A stretch of DNA of 64,000 nucleotides, from NCBI RefSeq assembly GCF_036971445.1, contig NC_091470.1:185132001-185196000 (forward strand). The letters are read 5' to 3'. Shown one piece after another: positions 1 to 12,429 of the stretch; the first letter of the stretch is position 1; each line of letters starts with the position of its first letter. The notes below the pieces were generated by a model, which was given only the letters and a program-made list of their open reading frames with translations, was not told the DNA's origin and ran no database searches. This DNA comes from Narcine bancroftii. Taxonomy: Eukaryota. A program made the position numbers and the translations under genes.

Positions 1-226
1 GTGTGCTCACCCTCTCCGCCTCTGATCCCCCAGTGATCACTGAATCGTCCACCTCTGGCTTTCTTTTCCTGAGTTAACAATCAGCTCCTTGGTTTTGGTG
101 GCATTGAGTACAAAGTTGGTGTTGGTGCACTGTTCAGCTGAGTTTTCAGTCTCCCTCCTGTCCTCTGACTCATCCCCTTCCTTTATACAACCCACTACCG
201 TGGTATCATTGGCGAATTTGTAGATG
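1..226 (-). mobile_element. Rex1/Babar-type LINE RT fragment
   Basis: Minus strand translates IYKFANDTTVVGCIKEGDESEDRRE...LNATKTKELIV (degenerate FADD region typical of Rex1/Babar RT). Confidence 0.7.
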
Positions 227-479
227 CGGCCCTGGGTACGTCAAAACATTCAACCAACTCCTTTCCCATCCCTCCACCAATTGCTCCACATCTGCACCCC
301 TTCCCTGGTTGCTGACCTGTCGGTGAAGGAAAACCAAATCTTCCTCTCTGCCCTGTACCACCCTCTGAGTTTTGTGTGCGCTTATCCTCATTGAACGTTT
401 CTCATCAGGAGGGACTTCCCTGTGCTTCCCATGAGCAGGTGTGAGTTTCCCAGTAAGAGGACCAGTCCTAGGGAACTTG

Positions 480-1447
480 TTGCGGGAATAACAATGCGCA
501 GTAAAGGGCAGGCCACGGAGAAGTGCTGTAGAACAGAGGGATCTGGGAATAAAGATATATAATTCCCTGAAAGTGGCGTCACAGGCAGATGGGGTTGTAA
601 AGAAAGCTTTTGGAACATCAGTCTTCATAAATCAAAGTATTGAGTATGGGAGTTGGGATGTTAGGGTAAAGTTTTTTTAAAACCTTGGTGAGGCCAAATT
701 TGGAGAATTGTGTGCAATCTTGGTCACCAAACTTACAGGAAAAATATCAATAAGATAGAAAGAATACAGAGAAGATTGATTAGGATGTTGCCTGGACTTC
801 AGGGACTGAGTTACAGGGAAAGGTCAAACAGGTTAGGACTTTATTCCCTTCAGCGTAGAAGAAGGAGTGGAGATTTGATCGAGGTATTCCACTGAGGGTG
901 GGTGAGAATTAAAAAAATCCTAGAGGGGACAGGTTAAGGGTGAAAGAGGAAAAGTTTAAGGGGAACATGAGGGGGATCCACTTCATCCAGCGAATGGCAG
1001 GAGTGTGGAACGAGCCGCCAGGTGAAGTAGGAAAGGCTCAATATTGACATTTACAAAGAATTTGGACAGGTACATGGATTGGAGATGTATGGGGGTGGGA
1101 GGGGAAGATATGGACTGGATGCAGGTCAGTGAGACTAGGTAGAATCATTTAAATTTTTTTTTTTTACATTGAGACACACAGCAGTTTCCTCCCAATTTAC
1201 ACCCAATTAACCAACACGCACCCCCCCCCCAGTCAGTTTGTGAATGGAGGGAGGAAACTGGAGCCGCCGGAGAAAACCCACACAGCCAGGGAGAACGCGC
1301 AAACTCCTTGCAGACAGCACGGGATTCGAACCCCAGTCCGCTGGCGCTGTAAAGGCGTTGCACTAACCGCTGTGCCAACCGTGCTGCCCTGAGTATGAAA
1401 CAGACTAGAAGGGCCAAAGGGCCTGTTTCTGTGCTGTCGTGTTCTAA
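480..1447 (+). mobile_element. CR1 LINE 3' fragment interrupted by a SINE
   Basis: YRKNINKIERIQRRLIRMLPGLQGLSYRER..LGLYSLQRRR.GDLIEVF (CR1 RT C-terminus); the CR1 3' UTR resumes at ~1391 (gggccaaagggcctgtttctgtgctg). Confidence 0.8.
1146..1389 (-). mobile_element. tRNA-derived V-SINE (HE1/DANA-like)
   Basis: Minus strand GGGCAGCACGGTTGGCACAGCGGTTAG (A box) ... GGTTCGAATCCC (B box) ... GGAGTTTGCGCGTTCTCCC...GGGTTTTCTCCGG..CTCCAGTTTCCTCCC (V-domain), A-rich tail. Confidence 0.8.
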
Positions 1448-1584
1448 TTCCAGAGCAGCAGTGGAGCTGCTGCCATCCATGGATCCAAAGATCATCCAAG
1501 ATGTCAATCAACTCACCCCCTGATCTAACCAACTGTTTCTCACTGAACCATGAGGGAAAGTTCCAGAAACATCTACGTACATCA

Positions 1585-1850
1585 TCCAGGTTCAATTTAT
1601 CATCGCATAATAACACATGAAAATGTTATGTACATAATGTACTTCAACTTCCGCCCACTGTAAAAAAAAACAAAGAGCTGCCGCGAGCTTTGCCTGGCGC
1701 TGCTAACAATAGGGGAAAGAGAAGCAAAAGAGAGTCCCTTCAGAGTCACCAAGTGCCTGGGGATTCACCTCCAGCGCTCCCACAGCCACATGGTCTCCTG
1801 TTCGATCCATTGGCCGCCCGAGATCCAGATCAGACCTCAGAATCAGAATC
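1585..1850 (-). mobile_element. Partial copy of an unclassified non-autonomous retroposon (family also at 33103 and 60569)
   Basis: Shares gagaagcaaaagagag..cagagtca..ggattc(a/g)cctccag..cccacagccaca with the 33.1 kb copy and related motifs with the 60.6 kb copy. Confidence 0.55.
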
Positions 1851-1899
1851 AGAATCTGACGTCGTGATCACGTGTCAAAAAAAATTAGTTGCTTTGCAG

Positions 1900-3330
1900 C
1901 AGCCCTCCCGCCCTGGGAAAAAGGTACTCTCTGTCCACCCTATTCTTGTGCCTTGCATAATCTTCCAGACCTCTAGTCAGTCACCCCTTGCCCTTCTGCG
2001 CTCCAAAGAGAAAAGCCCTCATTCTGCCAATCTTGCCTCACAAGACAGACTTATTTTCCAATCCAGGCAACATCCTGGTGAATCTCTTCTGCCCCCCTCT
2101 CCTTTAGCTTCCACATCCTTCCTGTAATGAGGTGACCAGAACTGAACACAATATTCTAAGTGTGGTCTTGAACTTAATCCCCCGACAAATTAAGGCCAAT
2201 AAGCCTTCTTAACTATCCTATCAACCAGCATGGAAACCTTGAGAGATCTATGGATTTGGACCCCAACATCCCTCTATTCATGCACACTGTTAAGTATCTG
2301 ACCATTAACCATGTACTCTGCATTCAAGTTTGATATGTCAAAATGCATCAGCTCACACTTATCCGCATTGTGCTCCATCTGCCCCTTTTCTTCCCAACTC
2401 TGCATCCTGTCTATATTTTTACATCATCCACAAACTTACTGACCCATCCCTCAACTTCTTCGCTGTAGATCACAAAAAGAGCAGGGGTCCCAGAGCAGGT
2501 CCCTGCGGTACTCCACTGGTCACCGACCTCTTCTGACTTTCTTGTTGAACTGCTCGCCTCAGTTTGCTGGGTGTTTTTTGCATGGCTTCTTGTTGTTGGT
2601 CCTCTTCTTCTGGGCTAGTTATCTGTTGGGCTTCCTGTTACTGTTTTTCTTTCTTATCACTCCCTTTCCCGTTGCTTTCCTCTTCTTCCAGCTGAGAGCC
2701 CTGCTGTCAGGCATCTCTCAGCTGGTCATGCTGTGCAAGTTCACTCCACAGCTGGGCCCCCCTCCCGTCGGTATTTTCCTTTTCCTTGGTGTGCGCAGTT
2801 GCGCACTTCTGTTTGGCTCAGAGAGCCATTTTTGCAGTCCCGTGGTCTGGAGGTCGCGACCCTGCAGGGTCTCCACTAACCTCGGGGAACTGATCCCTCT
2901 CTCCACAGTGGCTCCCTGCCTCTTCATGCAGGTAAGGCCTTCTCCTTTCTCTTCCGGCGTCTTTTCTTCTTTTTTTTCCCCGTTGTTTTTGCTTTTCCCT
3001 TCTTGGGTGCCATTTTCTTTCTTTTCTCCACACCTTTATCTTTTATTTGTTGTGTTTTGTGTTTCTTGAACTTTGCGTTTTCTTCACTTTATTTCTTCTT
3101 TTCTGGAGAGGGCTGGTATTCTCCTACCGGCCACTACCCCATCATGTGACTCCTCTGGTCACCGATCTTCAGGTAGAATTCTTCCCATCCACTCCTACTC
3201 TCTGCTTTCTACAGGCAAGCCAATTCTATAGGCACTCACACAAGGTCCCATGGATCCCGTACCTCATAACATTCCAAAGGAGCCTCTAATGGGGGGGACC
3301 TAGTCAAATATCTTACTAAAATCCAGACAC
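1900..3330 (-). mobile_element. Degenerate CR1 LINE fragment (RT region), split by an L1 5' piece
   Basis: Minus-strand CR1 RT motifs (cagggtcc..ggtactccactggtcac = VTSGVPQG region; YCVQFWSP-like at ~2130-2155). Confidence 0.7.
2531..3154 (-). mobile_element. L1 5' end only (5' UTR + start of ORF1), flanked by target-site duplication
   Basis: 5' end aggagtcacatgatggggtagtggccgg..ccagccctctccagaaaa matches the L1 at 22917; flanking repeat CTGGTCACCGA at 2516-2526 and 3155-3165. Confidence 0.8.
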
Positions 3331-3660
3331 ACCATGTTCTAGGTGGGGTGTGGGTCCTTGATGATTGCTGCTGTTCTCTGACGGAAGCGTTCCCTGTAGA
3401 TGTTCTCAATGGTGGGCAGGGTTTTGCCTTTGACCTACTGGGCTGTGTCCACGACCTTTTGCAGGGCTTTCTGCTCAGAGGTATTGACCAGGCTGTGTGG
3501 CAACCGGTCTCCACACTTTCCACCGCATCTCAGTAGAAGTTTGCCAGGGTTTCCGATGTCGTACCAAAACTCTACAAATTCCTGATTCTCTGAGATAGTG
3601 ACTCCCAAAAATATAAATTTGCCTACCCTTTCCACCTTTGATCCACAATGATCACTGATT
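3331..3660 (-). mobile_element. Rex1/Babar LINE 3' fragment
   Basis: Minus strand SEQKALQKVVDTAQ..GKTLPTIENIYRERFRQRTAAIIKDPHP; VERVGKFIFLGVTISEN. Confidence 0.7.
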
Positions 3661-3993
3661 CAGCTGCCCCACCTCCCCTCCACACTTTACATCGATCAGA
3701 AACTCCAGCTGGCTAGCCATGCCAACATCGTGCAGACAAGAGGTTGGGGGTCAAGAGGCTTCGGAGGCCAGACTGTGAAATGAATACGCCTGTTCCCACA
3801 AAATCAAAATGTGACGCAATGGCATTTGTGCAGAGCCAGTGGTGTTCTGCACAGCTGGGAAAGCAGGACTGATGCCTAACCCGATTACTGCCCCAACCCA
3901 CCCCCCCCCAGCAGATTTCTAATTCAATTAGTTCCTCCCCTCCCCTCCCCTCTGTTGACAACACAGTTCCAGGTTGCAGCAATTCTCAGAGAT

Positions 3994-6720
3994 GGAGGAG
4001 GAAGGGGGGGGGGGAGGAGGAAGGGGGGGGGAGGAGGAAGGGGGGGGAGGAGGAAGGGGGGGGAGGAGGAAGGGGGGGGAGGAGGAAGGGGGGGGAGGAG
4101 GAAGGGGGGGGGAGGAGGAAGGGGGGGGAGGAGGAAGGGGGGGGAGGAGGAAGGGGGGGGGAGGAGGAAGGGGGGGGGAGGAGGAAGGGGGGGGGAGGAG
4201 GAAGGGGGGGGGAGGAGGAAGGGGGGGGGAGGAGGAAGGGGGGGGGAGGAGGAAGGGGGGGGGAGGAGGAAGGGGGGGGAGGAGGAAGGGGGGGGAGGAG
4301 GAAGGGGGGGAGGAGGAAGGGGGGGGAGGAGGAAGGGGGGAGGAGGAAGGGGGGAGGAGGAAGGGGGGAGGAGGGAAGGGGGGAGGAGGAAGGGGGGAGG
4401 AGGAAGGGGGGAGGAGGAAGGGGGGAGGAGGAAGGGGGGAGGAGGAAGGGGGGAGGAGGAAGGGGGGAGGAGGAAGGGGGGAGGAGGAAGGGGGGAGGAG
4501 GAAGGGGGGAGGAGGAAGGGGGGAGGAGGAAGGGGGGAGGAGGAAGGGGGGAGGAGGAAGGGGGGAGGAGGAAGGGGGGAGGAGGAAGGGGGGAGGAGGA
4601 AGGGGGGAGGAGGAAGGGGGGAGGAGGAAGGGGGGAGGAGGAAGGGGGGAGGAGGAAGGGGGGAGGAGGAAGGGGGGAGGAGGAAGGGGGGAGGAGGAAG
4701 GGGGGAGGAGGAAGGGGGGAGGAGGAAGGGGGGAGGAGGAAGGGGGGAGGAGGAAGGGGGGAGGAGGAAGGGGGGAGGAGGAAGGGGGGAGGAGGAAGGG
4801 GGGAGGAGGAAGGGGGGAGGAGGAAGGGGGGAGGAGGAAGGGGGGAGGAGGAAGGGGGGAGGAGGAAGGGGGGAGGAGGAAGGGGGGAGGAGGAAGGGGG
4901 GAGGAGGAAGGGGGGAGGAGGAAGGGGGGAGGAGGAAGGGGGGAGGAGGAAGGGGGGAGGAGGAAGGGGGGAGGAGGAAGGGGGGAGGAGGAAGGGGGGA
5001 GGAGGAAGGGGGGAGGAGGAAGGGGGGGAGGAGGAAGGGGGGAGGAGGAAGGGGGGAGGAGGAAGGGGGGAGGAGGAAGGGGGGAGGAGGAAGGGGGGAG
5101 GAGGAAGGGGGGAGGAGGAAGGGGGGAGGAGGAAGGGGGGAGGAGGAAGGGGGGAGGAGGAAGGGGGGAGGAGGAAGGGGGGAGGAGGAAGGGGGGAGGA
5201 GGAAGGGGGGAGGAGGAAGGGGGGAGGAGGAAGGGGGGAGGAGGAAGGGGGGAGGAGGAAGGGGGGAGGAGGAAGGGGGGAGGAGGAAGGGGGGAGGAGG
5301 AAGGGGGGGAGGAGGAAGGGGGGGAGGAGGAAGGGGGGAGGAGGAAGGGGGGAGGAGGAAGGGGGAGGAGGAAGGGGGGAGGAGGAAGGGGGGAGGAGGA
5401 AGGGGGGAGGAGGAAGGGGGAGGAGGAAGGGGGAGGAGGAAGGGGGGAGGAGGAAGGGGGGAGGAGGAAGGGGGGAGGAGGAAGGGGGGAGGAGGAAGGG
5501 GGGAGGAGGAAGGGGGGAGGAGGAAGGGGGGAGGAGGAAGGGGGGAGGAGGAAGGGGGGAGGAGGAAGGGGGGAGGAGGAAGGGGGGAGGAGGAAGGGGG
5601 GAGGAGGAAGGGGGGAGGAGGAAGGGGGGAGGAGGAAGGGGGAGGAGGAAGGGGGGAGGAGGAAGGGGGGAGGAGGAAGGGGGGAGAGGAGGAAGGGGGG
5701 AGGAGGAAGGGGGGAGGAGGAAGGGGGGAGGAGGAAGGGGGGAGGAGGAAGGGGGGAGGAGGAAGGGGGGAGGAGGAAGGGGGGAGGAGGGGAAGGGGGG
5801 GAGGAGGAAGGGGGGAGGAGGAAGGGGGGAGGAGGAAGGGGGGAGGAGGAAGGGGGGAGGAGGAAGGGGGGAGGAGGAAGGGGGGAGGAGGAAGGGGGGA
5901 GGAGGAAGGGGGGAGGGAGGAAGGGGGGAGGAGGAAGGGGGGAGGAGGAAGGGGGGAGGAGGAAGGGGGGAGGAGGAAGGGGGGAGGAGGAAGGGGGGAG
6001 GAGGAAGGGGGGAGGAGGAAGGGGGGAGGAGGAGGGGGGAGGGAGGAAGGGGGGAGGAGGAAGGGGGGAGGAGGAAGGGGGGAGGAGGAAGGGGGGGAGG
6101 AGGAAGGGGGGGGGTGGTGGAGGGGGGGAGGGAAGGGGGGGGTGGGAAGGGGGGAGGAGGAGGGGGGAGGAGGAAGGGGGGGGGGGAGGGGGGTGGAGGT
6201 GGGGGAGGAGGAGGGGGGAGGAGGAAGGGGGAGGAGGAAGGGGGGAGGAGGAAGGGGGGAGGAGGAAGGGGGGAGGAGGAAGGGGGGAGGAGGAAGGGGG
6301 AGGAGGAAGGGGGGAGGAGGAAGGGGAGGAGAGGGGGAGGAGGAAGGGGGGGGAGGAAGGGGGAGCGTTGGTGTCGTTGCGGTGTGAGGAAGGGGTGGGA
6401 GGAGGTTGGGGGGAGGAGGAAGGGGGAGGAGGAAGGTGGGGGAGGAGGAAGGGGGGAGGAGGGAGGTGGTCGGGGTGGAGGAAGGGGGCGGTGGGAGGAG
6501 GGGGGAGGAAGGGGGTAGGGAGGTTGGTGGCTTGGGTTGGTGGTTGGGGGGAGGTGGTTGGGGGGAGGTGGTCGGGGGGGGCGGAGGTTTGGGGGGAGGA
6601 GGAAGGGGGGAGGAGGAAGGGGGGAGGAGGTTGGGGGGAGGAGGATGGGGGGGATGGGGTTGGTTGCGTTTGGGGAGGAAGGGGGGAGGAGGAAGGGGGG
6701 GAGGTTGGTTCGGTTGGCGG
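3994..6720. repeat. Polypurine minisatellite (GGAGGAAGGGGGGA)n, 14-16 bp unit
   Basis: Near-perfect tandem array, almost only G and A on the + strand for over 2 kb, degenerate after ~6100. Confidence 0.95.
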
Positions 6721-6729
6721 GGAGGCGTT

Positions 6730-7935
6730 GGCCTGGTGTTTGGGGTGTGGAGGAAGGGGGAGGAGTGCTGGTGTTTGGGGCTGGGGAGGAAAGGGGGAAG
6801 TGCCTGGTGTTTGGCGAGCCTGGTGTTGCTGGAGGGGGAGAAGTGCCTGGTGTTTGGGGCTAGGGAGGAAGGGGAGAAACGCCTGGTGTTTGGGGCTGGG
6901 GAGGAAAGGGGGAAGCACCTGGTGTTTGGGGCTGGGGAGGAAAGGGGGAAGCGCCTGGTGTTTGGGGCTGAGGAGGAAAGGAAGAAGCGCCTGGCGTTTG
7001 CGGCTGGTGAAGGAAGGGGAGGGGGGAAGCGTCTGGTGTTTGGGGCTGGGGAGGAAGGGGGAAGCACCTGGTGTTTGGGGCTGGGGAGGAAGGGGGAAGC
7101 ACCTGGTGTTTGGGGCAGGGGAGGAAGGGGGGAGGCACCTGATGTTTGGGGCTGGGGAGGAAGGGGGGGGAAGCACCTGGTGTTTGGGGCTGGGGAGGAA
7201 GTGAGGGGGAAGCACCTGGTGTTTGGGGCTGGGGAGGGAAGCACCTGGTGTTTGGGGCTGGGGAGGGAAGCACCTGGTGTTTGGGGCTGGGGAGGAAGGG
7301 GGGGGAAGCACCTGGTGTTTGGGGCTGGGGAGGTAGGGGGGAAGCACCTGGTGTTTGGGGCTGGGGAGGAAGAGGGGAAGCACCTGGTGTTTGGGGCTGG
7401 GGTGGGTTGGGGGGAAGGGGGGTGCGCCTGGTGTTTGGGGCTGGGGTGGGAGGGGGGTAAAGCGCCTGGTGTTCGTGGCTGGGGAGGGGAGGGAAGGGGG
7501 AGAGCGCCTGGTGTTTGGGGCTGGTGAGGGAAGGGAAGGGGGGAGCGCCTGGTGTTTGGGGCTGGCTAGGGGAGGAATGGGGGGGGAGCGCCTGGTGTTT
7601 GGAGCTGGGGAGGGGAGGGAAGGGAAGGGGGAGCACCTGATGTTTGGGGCTGGTGAGGGAGGGGGGGAAGCGCCTGGTTTTTGTGGATAGGGAAGGGAGG
7701 GGAGAGGTGGAAGCGCCTGGTGTTTGGGGCTGGGGAGGGGAGGAAGGGGGGAAGCGCCTGGTGTTTGGGGCTGGGGTGGGTGGGGGAAAGCGCCTGGTGT
7801 TTGGGGCTGGGGAGGGGAGGGAAGGGGGGGAGCGCCTGATGTTTGGGGCTGAGGAAGGAGGGAAGGGGGGGGGGAGCGCCTGGTGTTTGGGGCTGGGGAG
7901 GGATGGGGAAGCGTCTGGTGTTTGGGACTGGAGAG
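6730..7935. repeat. G-rich minisatellite, ~30-40 bp unit with core GC(A/G)CCTGGTGTTTGGGGCTGGGGAGG
   Basis: Tandem copies of the core with variable G/A spacers. Confidence 0.9.
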
Positions 7936-7949
7936 GGAAAGGGGTGCCC

Positions 7950-8420
7950 TCTCTGCAGTGCCCTGGTTTCCAGCCCGTTCAGCGCCGTAATAGCGCAGGA
8001 AAATCTCCTGCTGTCGCTCTCTTTTAACCCCATCCCTGTCCCAAGGTTTCAATCAATGCAACGTTGCAACCCTCACTCGCCCCGACATGCATTCACAGAC
8101 CTTGCTTTTCCGTCGACATCCCTGCGGGTCGATGTGGCGAGCGATGCCGCAAGAGGTTGGGTCCGGACTCCCCCTCCCCTTCCCCCCGAACACAACCTAG
8201 CAGCGGCGCGCGTGTAATCCAGGGAGCGGGTCGGCGAGGTTGCGCGGCACATCCAAGAGTGGGAGGGGAGGGGTAGGTGGGGGGGGGACCAGGAATCCTC
8301 GGCTTCCAGGAGCTGGGACGTGCGAGATGTAGCTGCCGGCTGGAGGAGGCTTTTTTTCTGTCACCAATTTACCTCCATGGATAACAATCACCCAATCAAT
8401 GAACGGCAGAGGGCGCAGAC
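7950..8420. promoter_or_regulatory. CpG-island-like segment (possible promoter of an unidentified transcript)
   Basis: Dense CpG (gcggcgcgcg, tgcgcggc), CCAAT at 8392; no product assignable. Confidence 0.35.
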
Positions 8421-9180
8421 TGGCGGAGAGGGGGGGAGAGGGGAGGAGGGGGGGAGGAGGGGGGGGAGAGGGGGGAGAGAGCGGGGAGAGAGGGGGGGAG
8501 GAGGGGGGGGGAGAGGGGGGGAGGGGGGGAGGGGGGGGAGGGGGGGAGGGGGGGGGAGGGGGGGAGGGGGGGGGAGGGGGGGGGAGGGGGGGGAGGGGGG
8601 AGGGGGGGGGAGGGGGGGGGAGGGGGGAGGGGAGGGGGGAGGAGGGGGGAGGAACAATGTGGGTGGAGAGAGGAGGGGGGAGAGGAGAAGGAGAGGGAGA
8701 GAGGGGGAAGGGGAGGGGAGGGGGGAGAGAGGGGAGGGAGAGAGGGGGAAGAGAGGAACAGTGTGGGAGTGGGGAGAGAGGAGGGGAGAGGAGAAGGAGA
8801 GGGGGAAGGGAGGAACAGTGTAGGAGAGGGGAGGGAGAGGAGAGAGGGGAGGGAGAGGAGAGGGGGGAGGGAGGGGAGAGGTGAGGGAGGGGAGAGGGGG
8901 AGAGAGGAGGGGTGGAGAGAGGAGGGGGTGAGAGGAGGATATAGGATGGGTGTAGAGAGGAGGAGGGACTGGCAGATTAATCCTTTTGGGGTGGGCAAAA
9001 CGGGGTCCCATCTGTGAGATGGGGCCAACGGGGACTTTTCAGCCAAGGGTGTTGCCTGCCCTGTGAACGACAGCCCAAATTGGACTTTGGACCTAGAGCA
9101 GTGGTGTTCTCCCCCCACTCACATACCACCCTGACTAACAACCAGAACATCTCCGCACAAGGCAAGCCCTGGTTATGTAC

Positions 9181-10197
9181 TGTTACTGGCCCAGAGGTCC
9201 CCAGAGCCCAGCAGCAATGGATATTCACCAAGGCAAATGGTTACTTACACAAAAGTTGCTTTAAACATGAAACCAGGATCAAACTTTAACTTATTACTAT
9301 TAACAACCCCCTTCTGATTCTAAGTGCATGTGTATGTAATGTGTGTAAGTTCAAGAAAAGTACTTTGATTCACAGTCCAATCTCACTTCTCACTCCTCCA
9401 AGTTCACTGGTTACAGGCAATTATTATACCGTGCACAGAATTTAACATTTATGGATCTTCACCAGGCTATGGTGCTTGAAAGGTAAATTGTTACCACTCA
9501 GGAAGGTTCTTGTCGGTTTTCAGAGAGAGATTTGTTGCTCATTGGGCACCCACAAAACTGATTTCTTTAAATCACTTCAGTGTCTTACTGACAAAACTTG
9601 ACCCATCAGGGTTTTCCAGATGATAACCTCTTTCTTTCACGTCGCCACAGAGTTCCTTTTTGTTTCCTTTATTTCAACATTACACAGCCAGCCATATCCT
9701 CTTGCATGGGCCACAAGGGCTTTGACCAGGGTGAACTAAGAACACATAACCCTTCTTCAAAATGGTGTTTTCCACAAGCTTGCCAGCTTGTCCTGTTCCA
9801 GTCCCAGCTGCTGCTGCTGAACTGTAGAACTGAATTCTCTCTCTTTCTCAAACAAACACACGCTCAAAGAAAATCACATGACCCTCTTAGAAGAGCCAAC
9901 TGCACTCAGTCATACTGCGGCTCCAGACCTAACCTTCTGAGTCCGTTCATCTGCAGCTTTCCAAATCAATGATCCATTACTCCACAGCAGGTCCAATTTG
10001 TGAAGTCTTTATAGGAATTTTTCAAAATTTTTTCAAAGGCACCTGGAGCCTGGACTGTCTGGCTTGAGCAGAGCTCTGGCATTTTAAATGAGATCTGTCT
10101 GAAGTGTTTGTGTCTGTGTGTGACCTCACTAAAAAACCCTGCCATAATTTATCTCTTTTAAAACATATCTATATAAAATATAATGTAATCTGTTACT
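9181..10197 (-). mobile_element. Probable solo LTR (Gypsy-like)
   Basis: Begins TGTTAC, ends TGTTAC(T) (terminal A apparently mutated), 4-bp flanks GTAC/GTAT, ~1 kb, non-coding. Confidence 0.5.
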
Positions 10198-11100
10198 GTA
10201 TCTTTATCTTTGCAAGGTGATAGGACACAGTTTGAATTTCTCCAGCCTTGAGTTTTCACTTCGACCACGGTGTCTGCAAACCTTTGTGTTCCAGGCCCTT
10301 CCATCCACGATGTTGTGTTGGCCTTCATAAATTGCTCAGCAATCTAACTCACACCCCACAACCCTCTGTTTTCCTTGCATCCATATGCCTGTCGAAGAGT
10401 CTCTTTAATGCCCCTATTGTCATTGGAGTCACTGGGGGGGGGGGGGGGCTGCAATGGGTGACACCATCAGAGGGGGTGAAACTAGAATGACTGTCTATAA
10501 AATTGTGTCCAGGGTTTTAGCAGAAATGTATTATTTTTTATAAAAATATCCCTGTCGTTAGTTATCATAAAAACATTTTCCGTAAGCCCAGGTGACGTGG
10601 CTAAAACTCGATGCTCATTTACTTTTTGAACCTCCAATCAGAGCTGTCATTATGACCCAATGACAACGACACTTCGAATCACATGGTTTCGTCTGCACAA
10701 GCAAGCGCTGTTGTTTTTGCAGCTGCCGGTGTTANNNNNNNNNNNNNNNNNNNNNNNNNNNNNNNNNNNNNNNNNNNNNNNNNNNNNNNNNNNNNNNNNN
10801 NNNNNNNNNNNNNNNNNNNNNNNNNNNNNNNNNNNNNNNNNNNNNNNNNNNNNNNNNNNNNNNNNNNNNNNNNNNNNNNNNNNNNNNNNNNNNNNNNNNN
10901 NNNNNNNNNNNNNNNNNNNNNNNNNNNNNNNNNNTGAGGGAGAAGGGAATTGAAGGAAAGATGTAGCAAACATACTACTTATATGGTGGGGTCAATCCCC
11001 CACCCAACACCTCACTCCCATTAGTGATACAAACCCCACAGGCGAGAAAAACACCCAACGCAGGCTCCACAGACCCTCCCCGACCTCCCTCTTCACTCAC

Positions 11101-11368
11101 TGGGCTTCAGCTAACGCTCTCCAATCTGGACATATTTCTTCTTGATACATTCCACCTCCAGGTAGTTTCTCCACTCAGTGTATTCCATTTTTTCCAATTG
11201 ATCCCACTGTGTTTGGTTTCCTGGCCCCGGGGCACAGATGTCTCCTACACCAGGCTCTCCTTGTTGAATCTGATGAAGTCCTCCCCGTCCCAGCCATACC
11301 TTGCAAAGCCGATGGTGGAGCCATCGTCCTGCAGCTCACAGCCGGTCAGCCTCAGGTAGTGTGGACCC
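11101..11368 (-). pseudogene. MHC class I alpha-2 domain exon (disabled)
   Basis: GCEL..DGS..GF..YGWDGEDFI.F motif, YLEVECI, canonical splice sites, in-frame TAG x2. Confidence 0.9.
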
Positions 11369-12429
11369 CTGGATCATCGCGGGGGAGGCACGGCCCGTTA
11401 GTGGGAATGTGAGGATCTAACCCTCCACATGGTCCCAGTGCGGGGTGAATTCTCTCCTCCCCTCCCCCCCAAACATGGTCTCAGTGCAGAACTCTCCCCC
11501 TCACCTAGTCTCAGTGCGGATGTACGCCCCCCCAACCTGATCCCAGTGAAGGACTTCCCCCCCCCACCCTCACCTAGTCCTAGTGAGGGGTGTACGCTCT
11601 CCCCCACCCCCCCCCCCCAACCTGGTCCCAATGCAGGACATTTCCCTCCCCCCCAACCTAGTCCCAGTGTGGGGTGTCCACCCTCCCCCAGAGCCTTGCA
11701 ATTACCCCGGTCAGCACTGTTCCCTCTAAGCTGCGTGCATGTGTGTGTGTTGCCCTTGTTTTGCAACCAGGAAATTAATTTATGCACAAAATGTTAGTTA
11801 CATTAAATAATGCAGTAATTAATAAATTATACTTATTGAAAATAATCTCTTAGCTAACTGTTTCTGTTAACTAGTTAAAACATCCCAATACAGTTTTATT
11901 AGACATGAGAGATAGCCTGGACCAAAATTATCTTGAAATAATTTCAAGGTTACGTTTACACAAGCATATACTTCTGTCATAGGAAAAAAATTAGCACAAC
12001 ATAAGATTTGGCCACACTGACTACTAAAAATTAGAGGCCATATTGGGTCACACCCTTTTCTCCCCCCATCTGCCAGGCCGAAGATGCGCGATCTTGAAAA
12101 CACCAACCTCCCAATTCAAGGACAGATTCTTTCCTGCTGTCATCAGATTCTTAAATGACCTTTTACTGGTAAAAAGCTGATGCATCTGTTCTTTTCTCTG
12201 TACCCTGCCCTCGTGACTCACAATAAAATGTTTGTTTTATTATTGCACTGCCTGCTTTATTTAAGGAAGAGTGACATGCCGGGATAGCAAGATATTCACT
12301 GTATCTCAGTGCATGTGACAATAAATGATTCAATTGTTCTTTTCCCTGGACTAGCTTCCATGTCATTCTCCAAGGTAAATGGTGAAGAGCTGGCCCACCC
12401 CCTGTTGCCCCACACATGGAGAACCAGAC

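Noticed and set aside
6730-7935. Repeat-spacer pattern superficially like a CRISPR array
   Set aside because: Eukaryotic context, spacers are low-complexity G/A variants, no cas genes.
3924-8052. 800-1374 aa Pro/Ser- or Gly/Glu/Arg-rich ORFs on both strands
   Set aside because: Open in multiple frames because the G/A minisatellite cannot form stop codons; no domain signal.
317-8118. Possible minus-strand exons (8100-8118 MSTEKQ, ~1517-1572, ~317-468)
   Set aside because: Splice-like signals are present but acceptors are weak, joined frames stop early, and no protein is recognisable.
10420-10734. Possible hAT-like DNA transposon end (gggtgacacc motif)
   Set aside because: No matching TIR or TSD could be established; truncated by the gap.
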